The position numbers and the translations under genes are program-made. Shown here piece after piece: positions 26,226 to 40,715 of a DNA stretch of 64,000 nucleotides. The DNA is from Eledone cirrhosa (Eukaryota), in NCBI GenBank assembly GCA_964016885.1, contig OZ024741.1, positions 168,640,001-168,704,000 on the forward strand. The letters run 5' to 3'. Under the pieces are notes generated by a model, which saw only the letters and a program-made list of their open reading frames with translations, was not told where the DNA came from and did not search any database. Each line of letters opens with the position of its first letter. Position 1 is the first letter of the stretch.

Positions 26226-26849
26226 ACTTTGGCTCTGTCTTTTTCTTTTATTTTCAATACTTTACTTTCGTAGTTGTCTGTCCTTCCATGCTTTTTTTTT
26301 TTTTGTAGTCAGTCATTGCAGTTCCAATATGTGGTCTTCTTCTTTCATGTTTTGTCATTATTTACTTAGTTTTTCTCTATCTTTCTCTATCTTTGATTCA
26401 TTCTTCATGTTTTGTTTCATTGTTCTGCCACTGACATCATCCTTGTAGTTATCACTGCTATCATTGTCATCACAATCATCATCCTTTTTCCAGTGGTTAT
26501 CTTTTTTTCATTGTTTCTTTGATTAATTCTTTCTTGTTCTAACCCACCCCTACCCACATCCATCCAACCAGCCCTCTACCTGACCATCCCACCCATCAAA
26601 ACTCCATTAAGATAATTTAGAGTATTTGAATGTTCTATATCTAGGTAATCATTTTCTTAAATGGTTTGATTTTCATCTTTGACTTAGGAGATTGATATCT
26701 ATTTACGATTTGTCAATAATTTACACTTATTGGTCAACATTAAATTTGTAACCAGTGCATGGCATCGGACACATTGGCAGCTGTTTGTGTGGAGGGGGGT
26801 AATATGATTTACATTGTTTATTCAGAGAGAGATGCATTACTTAACAGAT

Positions 26850-27440
26850 TTAACCTTTTCATCACCATATTTCAAATCATCTTGAAAACAATAAAGAATT
26901 TGGAGTGATTTAGTAATATAACTTTCTCATTATCTGTTTAGTTTAAGGTACATACAAAAAATTATGATGGAAGGTTTTTTTATATAAATATGAAGAATTT
27001 GGAGTGATTTAGTAATATAACTTTCTTATTATCTGTTTAGTTTAAGGTACATACAAAAAATTATGATGGAAGATTTTTTTATATAAATATGAAGAATTTG
27101 GAGTGATTTAGTAATATAACTTTCTCATTATCTGTTTAGTTTAAGGTACATACAAAAAAGTATGATGGAAGATTTTTTATATAAATATAAACATTTCATC
27201 TCTTCAATACCATATTTCTAATGTAAGACACTGCCAATGATTTTAAATCATCTTCAAAATAATAAAAGGTTTGGAGGGATTTACTAATATAACTAAATTA
27301 CATAAATTTATTAATATAACTAATATTACATAAATTTATGATGGAAGGATCTTAAATAAATATAAACTCTTTAAGAGGAACAGCTTAATATCATAGAACC
27401 ATGAGGTAGGGATTGAGGCAGTTTGGTAATGGAAAAACTA
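26850..27440. mobile_element. MITE-family copy with an internal 99-bp triplication
   Basis: aagaatttggagtg at 26894, 26993 and 27092; starts ttaacctttt like the element at 2983. Confidence 0.6.
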
Positions 27441-27795
27441 CATATATCAGGACATTTACCATGAAATATAAACCAATCACATCTTCAGCATAAAATAAAC
27501 CCACAGAAAGTGAAAGAGAAAGAGGGGACACATGTCCTCACATACTCACACGTACATACACATACACACACGTACACACACACACACACACACACACGCG
27601 CACACACATATATTTGCTATTAGGGAAAGTGGATATTAAACCCGACTTTGAAAAGGATAATGATGATATTGTTGGAATATATATGTATGTATATATATAT
27701 TCATATACAAATATGTGTATGTACAAATATGTATATGTGTGTATGCATATAATGCAAGTCTATAACGCAAGTCTATGACTCCGTTAATATTTGGA

Positions 27796-27842
<47 letters not shown>

Positions 27843-27979
27843 ATGTATGTATGTATATATATATGTATGTATCTATGTGTATATATATATGTATATACAT
27901 ATATAAATACACATAAATACATATATAAATATATATATATACATATATATATATTCATACACATATATATATATACATA

Positions 27980-28371
27980 AGACCCACCTTGCCTATGTAC
28001 AAAGCGAAACCTACAGTCAGTAGGCACCTTTTAACCAAATATACACCCCAATCTACTACCCCTACCCTATCCTCCCACTCCCACCAACAGCACGGGAAAA
28101 TGAGATCGAGTTTGTGTAGGTGTCACGACAAAAAACACACACAGTCCACGCTGTAATGTGGCCGTGTATGTAACACGGTAAAAAGTTCCCAGTTCCACAC
28201 TGTAAATGTGGTTGATGTTAGGAAGGGCATCCAGCCATAGAAAACCTGCCAGATAGTCCTATATGAGCAAGACACGGTCACCCGACCAGCCTTGCCTCAA
28301 GTGGGACAACTCCCGTCTAACCCATGCTAGCGTGGAAAACGGATTTTAAACAAAGATGATGATGATGATGA

Positions 28372-28372
<1 letters not shown>
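27980..28372 (+). mobile_element. RTE 3' UTR and tail fragment
   Basis: ccacactgtaaatgtgg repeats, ttaggaagggcatccagc, aacccatgctagcgtggaa, (GAT)n. Confidence 0.75.
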
Positions 28373-28403
<31 letters not shown>

Positions 28404-29946
28404 CATGTATTATATATTATTTTCCTTTCTTCATGTCATATGGAAACTCTTGGGAAAACTGTTTTGTAATTGAATATAAATGGATAGACCAATATTGGTC
28501 ATAAATCAATGCCATTAGTATTTTTCTTATCCTTATTCTTATAATAAAGAAATCATTCTTTAATTGGAATACTGTCAAAAGTTGGTCTTTGTGATGGGAA
28601 AGAATTAGAACCTGAAATGTAGTTAAGATTTGTTATGAATACATGATAGTGAGATAGTAGGAATATAAGATAATTCTGAATTTATTAAACATTTAATAAG
28701 CTTGACAATTGTTATTGCTGTCATTATGAAGATAGACATTTCTGCTTTAAATGTGAAAGGTGAAAGAAAAGTTAAAAAGAAATATGCCTTCAACAATTAG
28801 CCTGCAGACATGTTTGTGAGGTTAAATAGATTGAACATGCAGGCATGGCAGTGTGGTTAAGAGGTTTAATTTACAACTATGTGGTTCTGGATTTAGTCCC
28901 ATATTTGTATGTCTCTAGGCTAGTTATAACTTCTGTGACCATATTTTTAATGCAAGATTTTGCTTGTTTTTCAAATAATTCTTCAAATAATCAAGAATTT
29001 GGAAGGATTTAATAATATAACTTTTTCATTATTAAGTTGATGTCTAGAACATAAGGTTCTCACATAAAATTGTGATGGAAGATTTTTACATAAGTATCCC
29101 AGTCTTTCAAATAATTACACCATATCGCTGAATGTCGTAAAAGTTGACTGAAAGGGCTGGCATCAGAAATGGTCTCTAACTCTAAAATATTAACTCAAAA
29201 CATCTGATGAGACCTATACTAGCATGAAAAAGTAGATGTAAAAAAATGTGATGGTGATAAGGATGATGATGATAAACACTCTAAAATAAATAGATATGTA
29301 TCATAAAACCAGGAACAGGTTCAGGCAGTTTGGATTCAGAAATAAAAATAGGATAGGCTTCATTTGACCAAAGTTTTGGTGTATTTTACTCAAACTCCAT
29401 CGTGTTATTCTTAGTTATTGTAGGGATTGATTTATTTGGAATGTGAAAACTACAGCAGTTTTAGATCAATACACTATATGGGCTTATATTGATAGAGTTA
29501 TTGCTTTGATTTCTGACCTAAAGGCAATGTCACACATGTTGATAGAAGAAGCTACATATTGACTCGTAGTAACTCAATTAGTACTTATTTTATTGACCCC
29601 CGATGTGTGAAAGGGCAAAGGTCAACTTCAATATTATTCAAACTCAGCAACTGAATAACTTAATGCATTTTTCTGATGCTCTACCGGTTCTGTTATTCTG
29701 TCATCCCCTGTTTCTTGGATGTTGTTGTCTGGTGCTTTAACAATTCTGTCATCTCATGATTCTTGCAACAGTTATAATTTTGAACAATGTTTTAATAATT
29801 CATCAATATCCCTAACATTTCATAAGTTGGTGAAATATGCATTCATCCAGCCCTTCTTTTCCATATATTTCTAGGCACACTTAGACATTGGGTGGCTTAC
29901 CATGGTGGCTTATCATTTGCTGTTTCTTGAATCTGATGTATTGAAA

Positions 29947-31193
29947 CAAGACTTCTCAAAGGAGTCCACATATACCCCTAGGAGTGAATAAAATATTGGC
30001 AGAGGTGAATAAATGCTTATGGGTTCACAGGGAGTTAATTAAATAGTTTGCTTTTATCATTCTTATTAGAATAGTAGAAAGAAATTGCTGAATCATGTAG
30101 TTAACAGATATCATACACCTAGCAGAACGCCTGATTGGATGTGATGGGCACTAATGATATGTAATTCAACCTAATATTTGTCATATCTGTGTCAACCAAA
30201 CCCAGCATCCACATACTTCCTCCACAACCCTAATATCAAGAAGTCTTCTTGTGAACGTGACCTGGGCATTACTGTCAGCAGCAATTTGTGTTGGACAAAG
30301 CACGTCTCTAAAATTGTCAAGAAGGCTGAGGGTGTCTTAGCATCACTCAGCAAGACCTTTGTCAGCTGCTCTCCAGCTATCTATTTAAAGCTGTAAATAG
30401 CTATGGTGCAACCACACTTAGAATTTGCATCACCAGTCTGGAACCCCTATCTTGCTCAGAACATTGACTGCCTGGAAACTGTTGAGAGACGTGCAACTAA
30501 GCAAATACCCTCCATCAGGCATCTACCATACTCTGAGCACCTGGCTTCCCTGGGCATGGATACATTGAAACTCCGACATCTGGCAACTGACTTGGTAAAC
30601 ACCCACAAAATTATTAACTATCTTGCCAACAACAACCCTGAGCACCTTTTTGAATTCCATGTGTCTAACACACTTGGGCATGCCTACAAAGTTAGAAAAC
30701 AGCACAGCCCCATGACTTTCGGAAAAAATTGTTCATGCTCAGAGTTCCTGAAGCATGGAACAAACTACCTGCATCAGTTGTTAGCTGCTGAGACACTGCA
30801 TTCTTTAAAACCTCCATGCTTCCTGACATTCGCCAACACTACATCTGATATCCCCCCTCCATACACACGCACACATGTATATCATGACTCATACACTGTT
30901 CACTTTCCTGACATTTGTACATTATTCTATGTACTATACATGCACCTTTGATGAGTTGTAGTGCACCTGAACACTGTACACAATAATTTCATTATTATTA
31001 TTATTATATCCTTCGCATTAAATATAATTCATTTATAATTTACTGATTCTTTTGTCATGTAAGATGTATTAAACACTGGTGAATTAGTTATGGTGTCAAA
31101 TTTTATATTCAATTAATTTGTTTGGGACAGGATGAATGAAAATTATATCTTTTTACAGGGGATTTTAACAAGTAAAAGGTTTGAGAAGCACTG
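29947..31193. mobile_element. hAT/Charlie-like MITE interrupted by a CR1 insertion
   Basis: Imperfect TIRs caagacttctcaaa / tttgagaagcactg; TSD not convincing. Confidence 0.45.
30170..31008 (+). mobile_element. 5'-truncated CR1-like LINE
   Basis: ERDLGITVSSNL...MVQPHLEFASPVWNPY...LETVERRATKQIP; (ATT)n tail. Confidence 0.9.
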
Positions 31194-31689
31194 AACTAAA
31201 ACCTTCCAATTTTTTTGTCTTAAATTCAGGGATTACGTATTAACATTTCTTTGTTTTTAAGTTCTTTCTTAAAAGCAAGCTTCACACTTTATGTAACTTT
31301 CAACACTATATTATATGGAAGCATCTGAGTGGTTAAGGAGTTCACACCACATCAGGAGACATTGGGTTCAATCCCACTTTGCAATTGATTTTGCCATAGT
31401 GTCAAGTCAACTGAAACCTTGTGGGGGAAATTGGGTAAACAGAAACTGTGTGGAAGTCAGTAGGATGAATTGTACCTGTAATTCAAAAGGTCAATTTTTC
31501 ACATAGTGTGACATGTTAATTCAACTTGGTAATTATGTTAATGGTCCATGTGTCTATGGAATACTCATCCACTTACACTTTAATACAAGATGAACTGTAC
31601 TTGTAATTAAAAGGTCCAGGATGCATAACTCTGAAATGAATGTTGAAATGAAATCAAAAGAGAGACACATCAACATTTATTCTAGGTAA

Positions 31690-32290
31690 CAAATTAATGG
31701 ATAGATGAAACAAAAGAAAAGGGTCCTCTTTGAACATGACTGGCTGACTCTGAGTTTGTTTCTCTGAGGCACAAACCAGGGCACAGTGTTTTGTGAACTA
31801 GCAGTCATCTATGCATGTCAGTCTGTAAAATCTATATTCTTTACTAGCCTACCTTGATCTTGCTACATCTCTTGTGTACTCATAGTTTGCATTTGTAACA
31901 GAAGATGGAATTTCTATCCCCCACTTTCCTACACACTGAGCAGGGACATTTCCCAGAAAAGATCAGGATCTTGTTTTCCTTACTACTTACTAGAACTCTG
32001 GTCTTTGCCAAGTTGATTTTAAGACCTTTTGATTCCAGGTCAGGAATTTTTTCTCAAGTTCTGCATTAGATTCAGTTATGATGGTTAGATTGTCAGCATA
32101 CAGGAGTTTCCAAGAGCATCCTGTTTTAAACTCTTCTCCTAAAGCATGGAGTGTAATAATAAACAGGAGATGGCTAAGGACAGAGCCTTAAAGCGCCCCA
32201 ATTTGCATGCTAAACCCCTTACTATAGCCATTACTAGTGGCCTCATGGCCTTTACCTCAGTCTGTACAGTGCTCAAATACATTCATAAGG
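31690..32290 (-). mobile_element. Decayed RTE RT fragment
   Basis: Minus-strand EEFKTGCSWKLLYADNL (YADD motif). Confidence 0.65.
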
Positions 32291-32897
32291 CACCTATTGT
32301 CATCTGTCATAATGTCCATTTTCCGTAGAATAAAAGGTGTTAAAAGGTATTTAAATACTGCATAACATAATTTTTAAAATATATTTAGAATATCTAAATA
32401 CAGGAAGTAATAAAGAAAATAATAAAAAAATGTATTCTATGAAAATTATAAAACATTTACAGAACTTCAGTAAATACAGTGTCTTTAGCATCGATAGATT
32501 TATAAGCTACCTCCAAGAATCATCTCATAACCTTAACTACTAAGTCATATACATTCACTCTGAAGTAAGAGTCATAAAATGATAAGCATATAATTCCCAA
32601 CAGAGGAAGATATACATGGAGAGAGATATATTATCAGATGAGTAATTTGGCTGGTAAAAGAGAATCAGTGAATTTATTACCGTAATGAGCGATGTATGTT
32701 TGTAACATTTATTTTCACGCATGCATGCCGAGATATTACAGATATCACAGGTCATTGACTTTTATGAAATTTAACGCAAAGTCATAATTCATTTTAATAT
32801 CCAAAATCTCATGTGACTTTAATAATATATATATATATTGACTGGCATACAATCTGTTATTGCTATTTCAGAAAAATAACAGTCTAGTTGTAATGTT

Positions 32898-33190
32898 AAG
32901 GTACATTGCTTAGTGGTTAGGTTATTTAGCTCATGATCGTAAGGTAATGAGTTCAATTTCAGGTGGTGTGATGTGTCCTGAGCATTATTTTATGTTGTTC
33001 CAGTCTAATTCAGTTGTATTTGTAATTCGAAGGACCAGCTTTGTCACACACTGAAACATGAGAAATCTTCCTGAAGACTATGTTAAAGGTACATGTTTCT
33101 ATGAATGCTTAGCCACTTGCCTGTTAATTTTATGAGCAGGCTGTTTCATTTTTATGGAACAACCAACATTGAAACTGATGGATTCCAACA
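32898..33190 (+). mobile_element. V-domain-like tRNA SINE
   Basis: ttgcttagtggttagg A-box and gagttcaatt B-box; body similar to 3380-3672. Confidence 0.65.
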
Positions 33191-33696
33191 GATACATACT
33201 TTAACACACAGCTGAAATAACTCCGACACACACAATTGTAATAGCCCCAACACACACTTCAACACACAGTTGTTGAAATATTCACATTCACAAACTATCT
33301 AATTTTCTCACCATACCTGACTATTTTTTCTATACCTTTACAGATTGTCATTTACCATAGCATTGGGTTGGCCAAAGCCTTATGAGTGAAATTGAGTAGA
33401 TGGGGGGAGAATATAGCAATTTCAGTGGTTGATATAAAAAAAGGTTTGAGCTAAATATTGAAATCATTGGTGATTCAACTTTACTTTGGCAGTGTATTTT
33501 AATACATACCAATGTTAGAAATTGTGTAGTGATGTGGAATTCAGCTTTGAAGGAAGTTTTTAAGAAACATCCCCCCAGCCCAATATGTATTTCCTTTGTT
33601 TCTTGTAGACCTGTGATCGAAAGAGATATCAAGTGTTATATGTGTGTATGTATTTAGAATATATTTTTTGTGTTGGTGCCACGATAAACTTCATTA

Positions 33697-36453
33697 CCAT
33701 CATCATCATCATCAATTTTATGTTCGCTTTTCTAAGTTTGCATGGGTTGGATTGGTCCTTCTCAGCACAGCATCTCTCACTTGTTGCATTCCTTTGTCAT
33801 CTCCTCTGCCAGTCTTAACGATTTCAAGTCTGCTCTCATAACCTCTGCCCAGGTCTTTCCTGGTGGTCTGTTATTGCAACTTCCTTTCACTAGGATTTCA
33901 TGGCATTTCTTCAACCATCGATCATTGTCCATGTGCATCACATGTCCACACCAATGCTGTCTTCTCTCCTGCACACCATCTCGGATTCTCCTTAAGCTCA
34001 ACTTCTCTCTTAGCTCATCCAATCTCTGCTTTTCTCACACATTTACATTCCACATCCACAAAAACATGGTTGCTTCATTTCTCTCCAGTCTACAGACCAT
34101 GTTTCACTAACATGCAGCATCATGCACTGCACACAGGTGTCATACAGCCTTCCTTTTGTTGTCCACTGTGAGAGCAGTTCTCTAAACTTCCTCCATCCTT
34201 ATTCTAGATATTATACACTTGGTGCAACCTTTTCTGCTGCTAATTAGGTTACCTAGATGACAGAAGATATCAACCACATCTATGGATCCATCCTGTGACT
34301 GGAAAAGGTTTATATCCTTAGCAGTCTTCCTCTCGATTTCTCCTGTGCATCTTCTACAAGCAAAGTTCTCCCTTCCCGTTAGTCTACTTGTTAGCTCACT
34401 ACATCCTTTGTATACCCAAGATTTACATTGTGTTCATTGTATGGCATTTATGCCTACTCCTTTTCTGCATATTGAGCATGTCCACTTCCCTGAGAGAGTC
34501 TGGGTCCTGTCTTCTGTCCTACTCACTAAGCACTTTAGTTTTGGCTAAGTTTACTCTCAGGCCTTTTGATTCCATATTCAGTTTCCATAATTGGAATTTA
34601 TTTTCTAGCTCTAAAGAAGTTCCCATGGGCAGCCTGTTATCAGCACCTCTGTTATGGCCTGAAGATCTATGGTGAACAGCAGTAGGCTAAGAACTGAACC
34701 TTGATGAATTCCTACCTGTACCTTGAATTCCTCGCTAAACTCATTTCCTACTTTCACTTTACTGACAGCTCCTCTGTACATAGCGTGCACTGTTCTCACA
34801 AGCCATTCTTCTACACTTAATTTCCTTAAGGACCGCCAGATAATAGAATGAGGTACTTTCTCTATCAAAGGCCTTCTCTAAATCAACAAAAGCTAAATAT
34901 AGTGGTTTATTTTTGGCTAGGCACTTCTCTTGTAGTTCCCACTCTAAGACGAGGGCATCTCTAGTACTTTTCCCAGGGATGAAACCAAACTGCATCTCAT
35001 CTATTTTGACTCTTTCCCTAATTAGCTGCACTATAACTCTTTCTGTCACTTTCATAACTTCGTCCATTAGTTTTATTCTGCAATAGTTGCTCCTTTGCTC
35101 TCCAACATGCATTAATTGATTTACTGTATGGGTTACTATTTTGACTTCTACCTCTCCTGATGCTTTTAGTATCTCAGCAACTATTTCTGATGGTTCTGCA
35201 GCTTTACCATTTTTTATCTCCTTTATTGCGTATTTGACCCTAAAACTATCAACCTCAATAACTGGTCCTTCCTTTGGATAAATTGGGGTTAGTTTCTCTT
35301 CCTCTCATTTATTCTCTACATTCATCGATCTCTCATAGTAACATTTCCAGGCCTCCTTCTTTTGGACATCAGTGGTGTTATGTGCACCAATGTCGTTTCG
35401 AACATACTTTTCCCTAACAACATCTCGATTCACACCGACACACTGCCTTGCTATATGGAACACTTCATGCCTCTGATCCTCATATCCCAAGACATTGGCA
35501 AATCTTCTTTCTTTGGCCTCTCTCCAAACTGTGTACACCTATCACCTAACTTCTGTATTAGCTACTTGGTACCAGTTTCTGCTACCCCCATCTTTTCAGT
35601 CTTTCCATGCCTATCTCTTGACTTTAATGGCTGCATCTATTGTGTTGTTCCACCACCAGGTTACCCTTTCTTTGGCTGGTGCTTTACTCCAGCTGCAAGT
35701 CTCACCAGTAGTTCACAAAAAGGTTGTTGCGTAAGAATTTCCAGTTGTCCTCTACATTATATATATCAAGCACATTATCCCTCTCATCAAGTGCATCCTG
35801 TAAAACCTTTCTAAACCTATATTTACCTGAGAGGGCCATACCCTTCATCTCCATATTTTACTGCATGTCTTGTTCTGTCTTTTGTTTATTTTGATGTCAC
35901 TAATAACTAACTTGTGCTGGGAAGTGCATTCTTCTCCAGTGAAGACCTTAGTATTTATTACAGTCCACTTGTCTGTTGTCTAACGATTAAGTAATCAAAT
36001 TAGCTTGTGTCTTCACCTGATTGATGTGAAATGAGGTGGTTGGCTGGTTTCCTGAAATTCATGTTGCAGATGGTTAGTTCATTTGCATCACAGAATTCCA
36101 GGAGTCTCAGCCCACTTCATTCCTTGAGCCTTAACCATAGCCGCCATGAACTTCACTGAATCCACCTTGGTACTGTCCCACATGTCCAGTAAAGTCACCT
36201 ACCACAATGATGAGGTCTCTTTCATCAATACCTGAATTTGTCTGCAAAACTTCCTCATAGAACCTGTCCTTTTGTTCTTTACCCAGTCCTGCCTGCAGAG
36301 CATAGGTAGATGTGATTGTCACAAGACTATTTCTTACAGTTAATCAAAGCTTGATGATTCTGTCACTTAATCTAACTACCTCTATCACCTTATAAATTAA
36401 TTTCTCAGTTAGTAGGATGCCTACACCTCCTACCACATTATCATTTCCTAACC
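33697..36453 (-). pseudogene. Long decayed RTE LINE (APE endonuclease plus RT)
   Basis: STYALQAG..IIVVGDFTGHVG (APE); MQFGFIPGKST..LYLAFVDLEKAFDR and VGIHQGSVLSLLLF (RT); many frameshifts; (GAT)n tail. Confidence 0.92.
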
Positions 36454-37454
36454 AGTTGAGGTTCTTGACCATTGGTGATAGGAAGGGCATACAGTCATAG
36501 AAAACTTGTGTCAAAAACATAACAACCCCCTTTTGGTGCCATGATTAAATGCACCCAGGACTCTCTGTAAACTGTAAACATGTATATAAACAAAAAGCAG
36601 GCCACTGGCTCACCTGAAAGGTATTGGGAAAATGGACATTAAATGATGATGATGATGATATCTCATACATAATAATCACTCTTCTTTTTCTTGTAAAAAC
36701 ATCAAGGATTTATTATGCATAGAAAAGATAAATGTAATTTACACAATAAATGATTAACAAGTTTCACTCAGCTGCAATACCTTTAGATCTTCTAGCAGGA
36801 GGCTATCACAGTATCCAGTAGAACAAATGCCATAAGCTGGCAAGGACAGTCAGCATTATAGAGTTTGTTAAATGGATTGTTAGCTGTCATTATGAATTAA
36901 TTTGAATTAGTTTATCTATGGCACCAAATGCTGCTATCAAATGAAAACTCTAGCTAACAAATAGTGTAAAAGTTATTGAGAAATATCATACATAGATAAC
37001 CACATTTGGACAGTTTTTGCTGTTGCGTTTAAGCCATTATTAAGTTAAGTTCTACATTAGAATGTTTTCGCAAAGATTGTTCAGGAAAATAATTTGAAAT
37101 TTCACAGTTGCATGAACAAGTAACTTTATAAATAGTTTGACACTGAATAACAGCAAAAGATAACGGAAAAGTAAAAAGAGAGAGAAAGAGATGAAAAAGA
37201 AAAGGTTAATGTAGTAATGTAAATAACCAGAAAAGAGAATAAAGAGTAGGTATAGTGTGTGTGTGTGTGCGTGTGTGTATGTGTGCACGCATGTGTGTGT
37301 GTGTGCATGAATGTGTGCATGCTGTACCTCCATTGGTTCCAGTGTTAAGTGTTCTGAGATGGAGGGTATGGCCCTCTCAGGTAAATATAGGTTTAGAAAG
37401 GTCTTACAGGATGCACTTGATGAGAGGGATAATGTGCTTGATATATATAATGTA

Positions 37455-37840
37455 GAGGACAAAACATCTTGCTCATAGAATTAACATGCAGGTGACTGAG
37501 CATTCGACAGCAACATGTATCTTAATGTAGTTCTTGGGAACTTAATGTAGTTCTCAATGCTGGCCCTTTGAATTACAAATACCAGTGGCATATTTACAGG
37601 CCCCAAATTAATTTTTTGCTATGATAAATTATACACAAGAACCCCAATTGTATTAACAGCCAGAGGCCCCATAGAGTTTTAATCTTCCCCTGACAGGTAC
37701 AACTCATTTTTGTCAGTTGAGTAGACTGGAGTGACATGAACTAAAGTGTCTTCCCGAAAAAATTATGTGTCACTGAGAATCAGACTCATGGCCTTACATT
37801 CTGAGTCAAACACCTTAACCGCTGAGACACACATCTTCCT
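37455..37840 (-). mobile_element. V-domain-like tRNA SINE
   Basis: Reverse complement of the 3380 / 32898 family. Confidence 0.55.
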
Positions 37841-39793
37841 TTCATGGATGTAAATAATCAGAAAGATAGATAGTATCCCCTAGTAGAAAACAAATTATAT
37901 TTTCTGTATTTGTATGTATAATACATAAGTAGGTTTACTAGTGTTTATATGATTATTAGTTAATGTATCTCAATGTGTTTTGATTTACCCCTTACAGTTC
38001 CACCTGGTTCAGTTGCCACAGTATTTATAACTTGCCATGCCATGGTCCCTTAACCTCTGATGTAAACATAGGATATTTAATCCATGCAGAGCCCATCCCT
38101 CTCCAGCTCTCTAGGTTTGAACATAGCCAATTTCTTAGAGAGAGCGAGAATTAACTCCAGTATTGGACTGGTACTTTATTTATCACTAGCAAAAGGATGA
38201 AAGGCAAAGTTGACCACAACAAGAATTGAACTCAGAACACAGGGAGCTGGAACAAATAGTACAAAGCATTCTATCCAAATTTCTAATGACTCTGCCAATT
38301 TGCTGTCTACACAATGTGATTTCAGAAAAAAATGGCTGCTAATCCTGGTATGTTCAGCCACTACAGAATGTCGGCCCAAATATGAAATCTGCAGAGTAAG
38401 GCTCAATATGATATTAGATGTACTGTCTCTGATATTTCAATATGAACTAGGTTCAACTTTACTTTTGACCATTTGGGATTCAATAAACTATGGTCCAGTA
38501 TTACACTGAAAGACGGATGACGGAAAAAATCTTTAAACCATTTGGTACGATATTTCAAATGAATGATACTGCTTATAATTTTGAATTCATTTTGAAAATA
38601 ATGAAGAATTTGGCAATATACTCATTATTAAGCTGGTATTTGGAGCATAACTTAAAAAGTTTTTAGATAAAATCACAATGGAAGATTTTTAGATAACCAT
38701 TAGAACTTCAAAACAAACAGTTTTGTTTTGTAGAACCACAGACAGTTTCAAGTAGTTTGGTTTCAAATGTATTAAGATGTTTTCCTATGTTCACTTTAAT
38801 TTCTCTAAAGAGATACTAAATGGTCTCATTGTCTTCCATTGTTTCTATATTAATCTTTTAATCATGTGTCTAAAACAAATATATTTGTTCAGTAGTCCAT
38901 AGTTGAGTAACTATCAGCATCATATAAGTATCAGTCTTGAGAATACCACATACTACACAGTCCAGGAAGAAAACAAATGAACTTATGATCATGAGTTTAA
39001 CACCTTATCCACTAGGCTATGATACAGCATGTGAAATTAACTTTGAAAACTATCAGAATTTGTCAGTTGAATAATTATAGCTGGCACTGACAAATTTACC
39101 ATTATTCCAATAATCTTCTGCAACCTTCTGCAAAGGACGTGAACAACATACCTTTATTACCATCATTTGTGTCTGATAATGAGGTGAAAAAGGTCTTTAA
39201 GCATTAATTGTCTTATGGATTTAGGAACACTGTTCTAAGTGAAACACAAAGCAAATATAAAGAATACATAATTAAACTTGACATCAGTCAATGTTTGAAA
39301 GAAGAGCCGTTCCCTCTCAACACAATTATATCATCATCATCATCATATGTTTGCTTTCTACACTAGCATAAGTATGACAAGCCATCAAGGTCCAAGACTA
39401 GACTTGTCCAAGAACAACGTCTTACTCATCCATTCCATATTTGGCATGGTTTCTTTGATTAGATACTCTTACGAATGTCAGCCACTTTACAGAGTGTACT
39501 GGGTGCAATTTACTATGGTACTAGCATTAGAGAGGTTTTCATATACTCATCAGAACTGAAAAGTCCTCTATACTCTGTTTTGTCTCCATTTAATTGCCAG
39601 TGTTGTTATTTAGCCCTAGGTCAGACCCTATTGAGCAGGCATATAATCAGAGGCATTCCAGTTATGGTTATCCCATCTTTTGCCTTTTTCAAATATTAGT
39701 GATTGCGTTATTCAATGTTTCCTTCATACATACATACACACATACATACATACACACATACATACATACGTACATAAATACATACATAATTAC

Positions 39794-40332
39794 ATGATGG
39801 CTGCAACTCAATTTTGAGTAATGCCATCGCTTGATACTTAAGCATGAGCATCACAGACGTGGCTTTTTCATCCTGCTAGGAACTTGACTATGGCCAGTAA
39901 TACCATGCATCGCATATAATGTCACATATCAAGCGATGCCTGTGATTGAAGCTTTTTTAAGTGAGGAAAGGCTTTGCATGGGGCCAACCCACCCTCTGAA
40001 CATTGAAAGCATTTGCCCAAAAAGTAGAACTGGTCTACATCATTGGATGCAAACAAAGTCACAAGTTTTATATCAGAGTGACTTTACCCTAGAGAGATGT
40101 CTTAATAAAGATTAAAAGTCTCTCGCTCCAGAATAGAAAAAAAATTGTTGAATAGCCATTGACACTCCTGAGGTCCTCTGCCCTTTGACGAGTTTTGTTT
40201 TACATCCCATGTCCCAAATCACCCTACTCACCAAGCTAGCTTGGGGGGTTGCCAGTTTAGTCGCTGACGTTCAGACCATGCACAGGTCGTACTGGATTAC
40301 ATGTTATCAGTAGCACTAAAGAGCAACCTGTC
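39794..40332 (-). mobile_element. Second copy of the short RTE-derived element
   Basis: Minus strand gacaggttg..gtgctactgataacatg..gcgactaaactggcaacccc through gcagccatcat. Confidence 0.65.
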
Positions 40333-40715
40333 ATACATACATTCATACAAATACACACAAACACAAACACACACGCATACATACTTGCATACATACCTAT
40401 ACAATCACATACATATATGCATACACACATATGTACATAATGCATGTTTATGTGGTATATATTGCTATGTATTTATATTTGTTAATAACATTATATTTAT
40501 CTGTTTAATGTAATATATTGTTACTGTGATTTCATTAGTACTAATTAGTCCAATAACATTAGTTGAATTATATTTAATATTGAACACATTTGGCTCATAT
40601 GTTGTATCCTGCTTTGCCAATTCTACTGTTAACACTCCTATCACTATTAATTACTCTGCCCAGGTAGAAGAAATTGACCACATCTTTCACAAGCTGCTAT
40701 TTGATGAAAATGGGA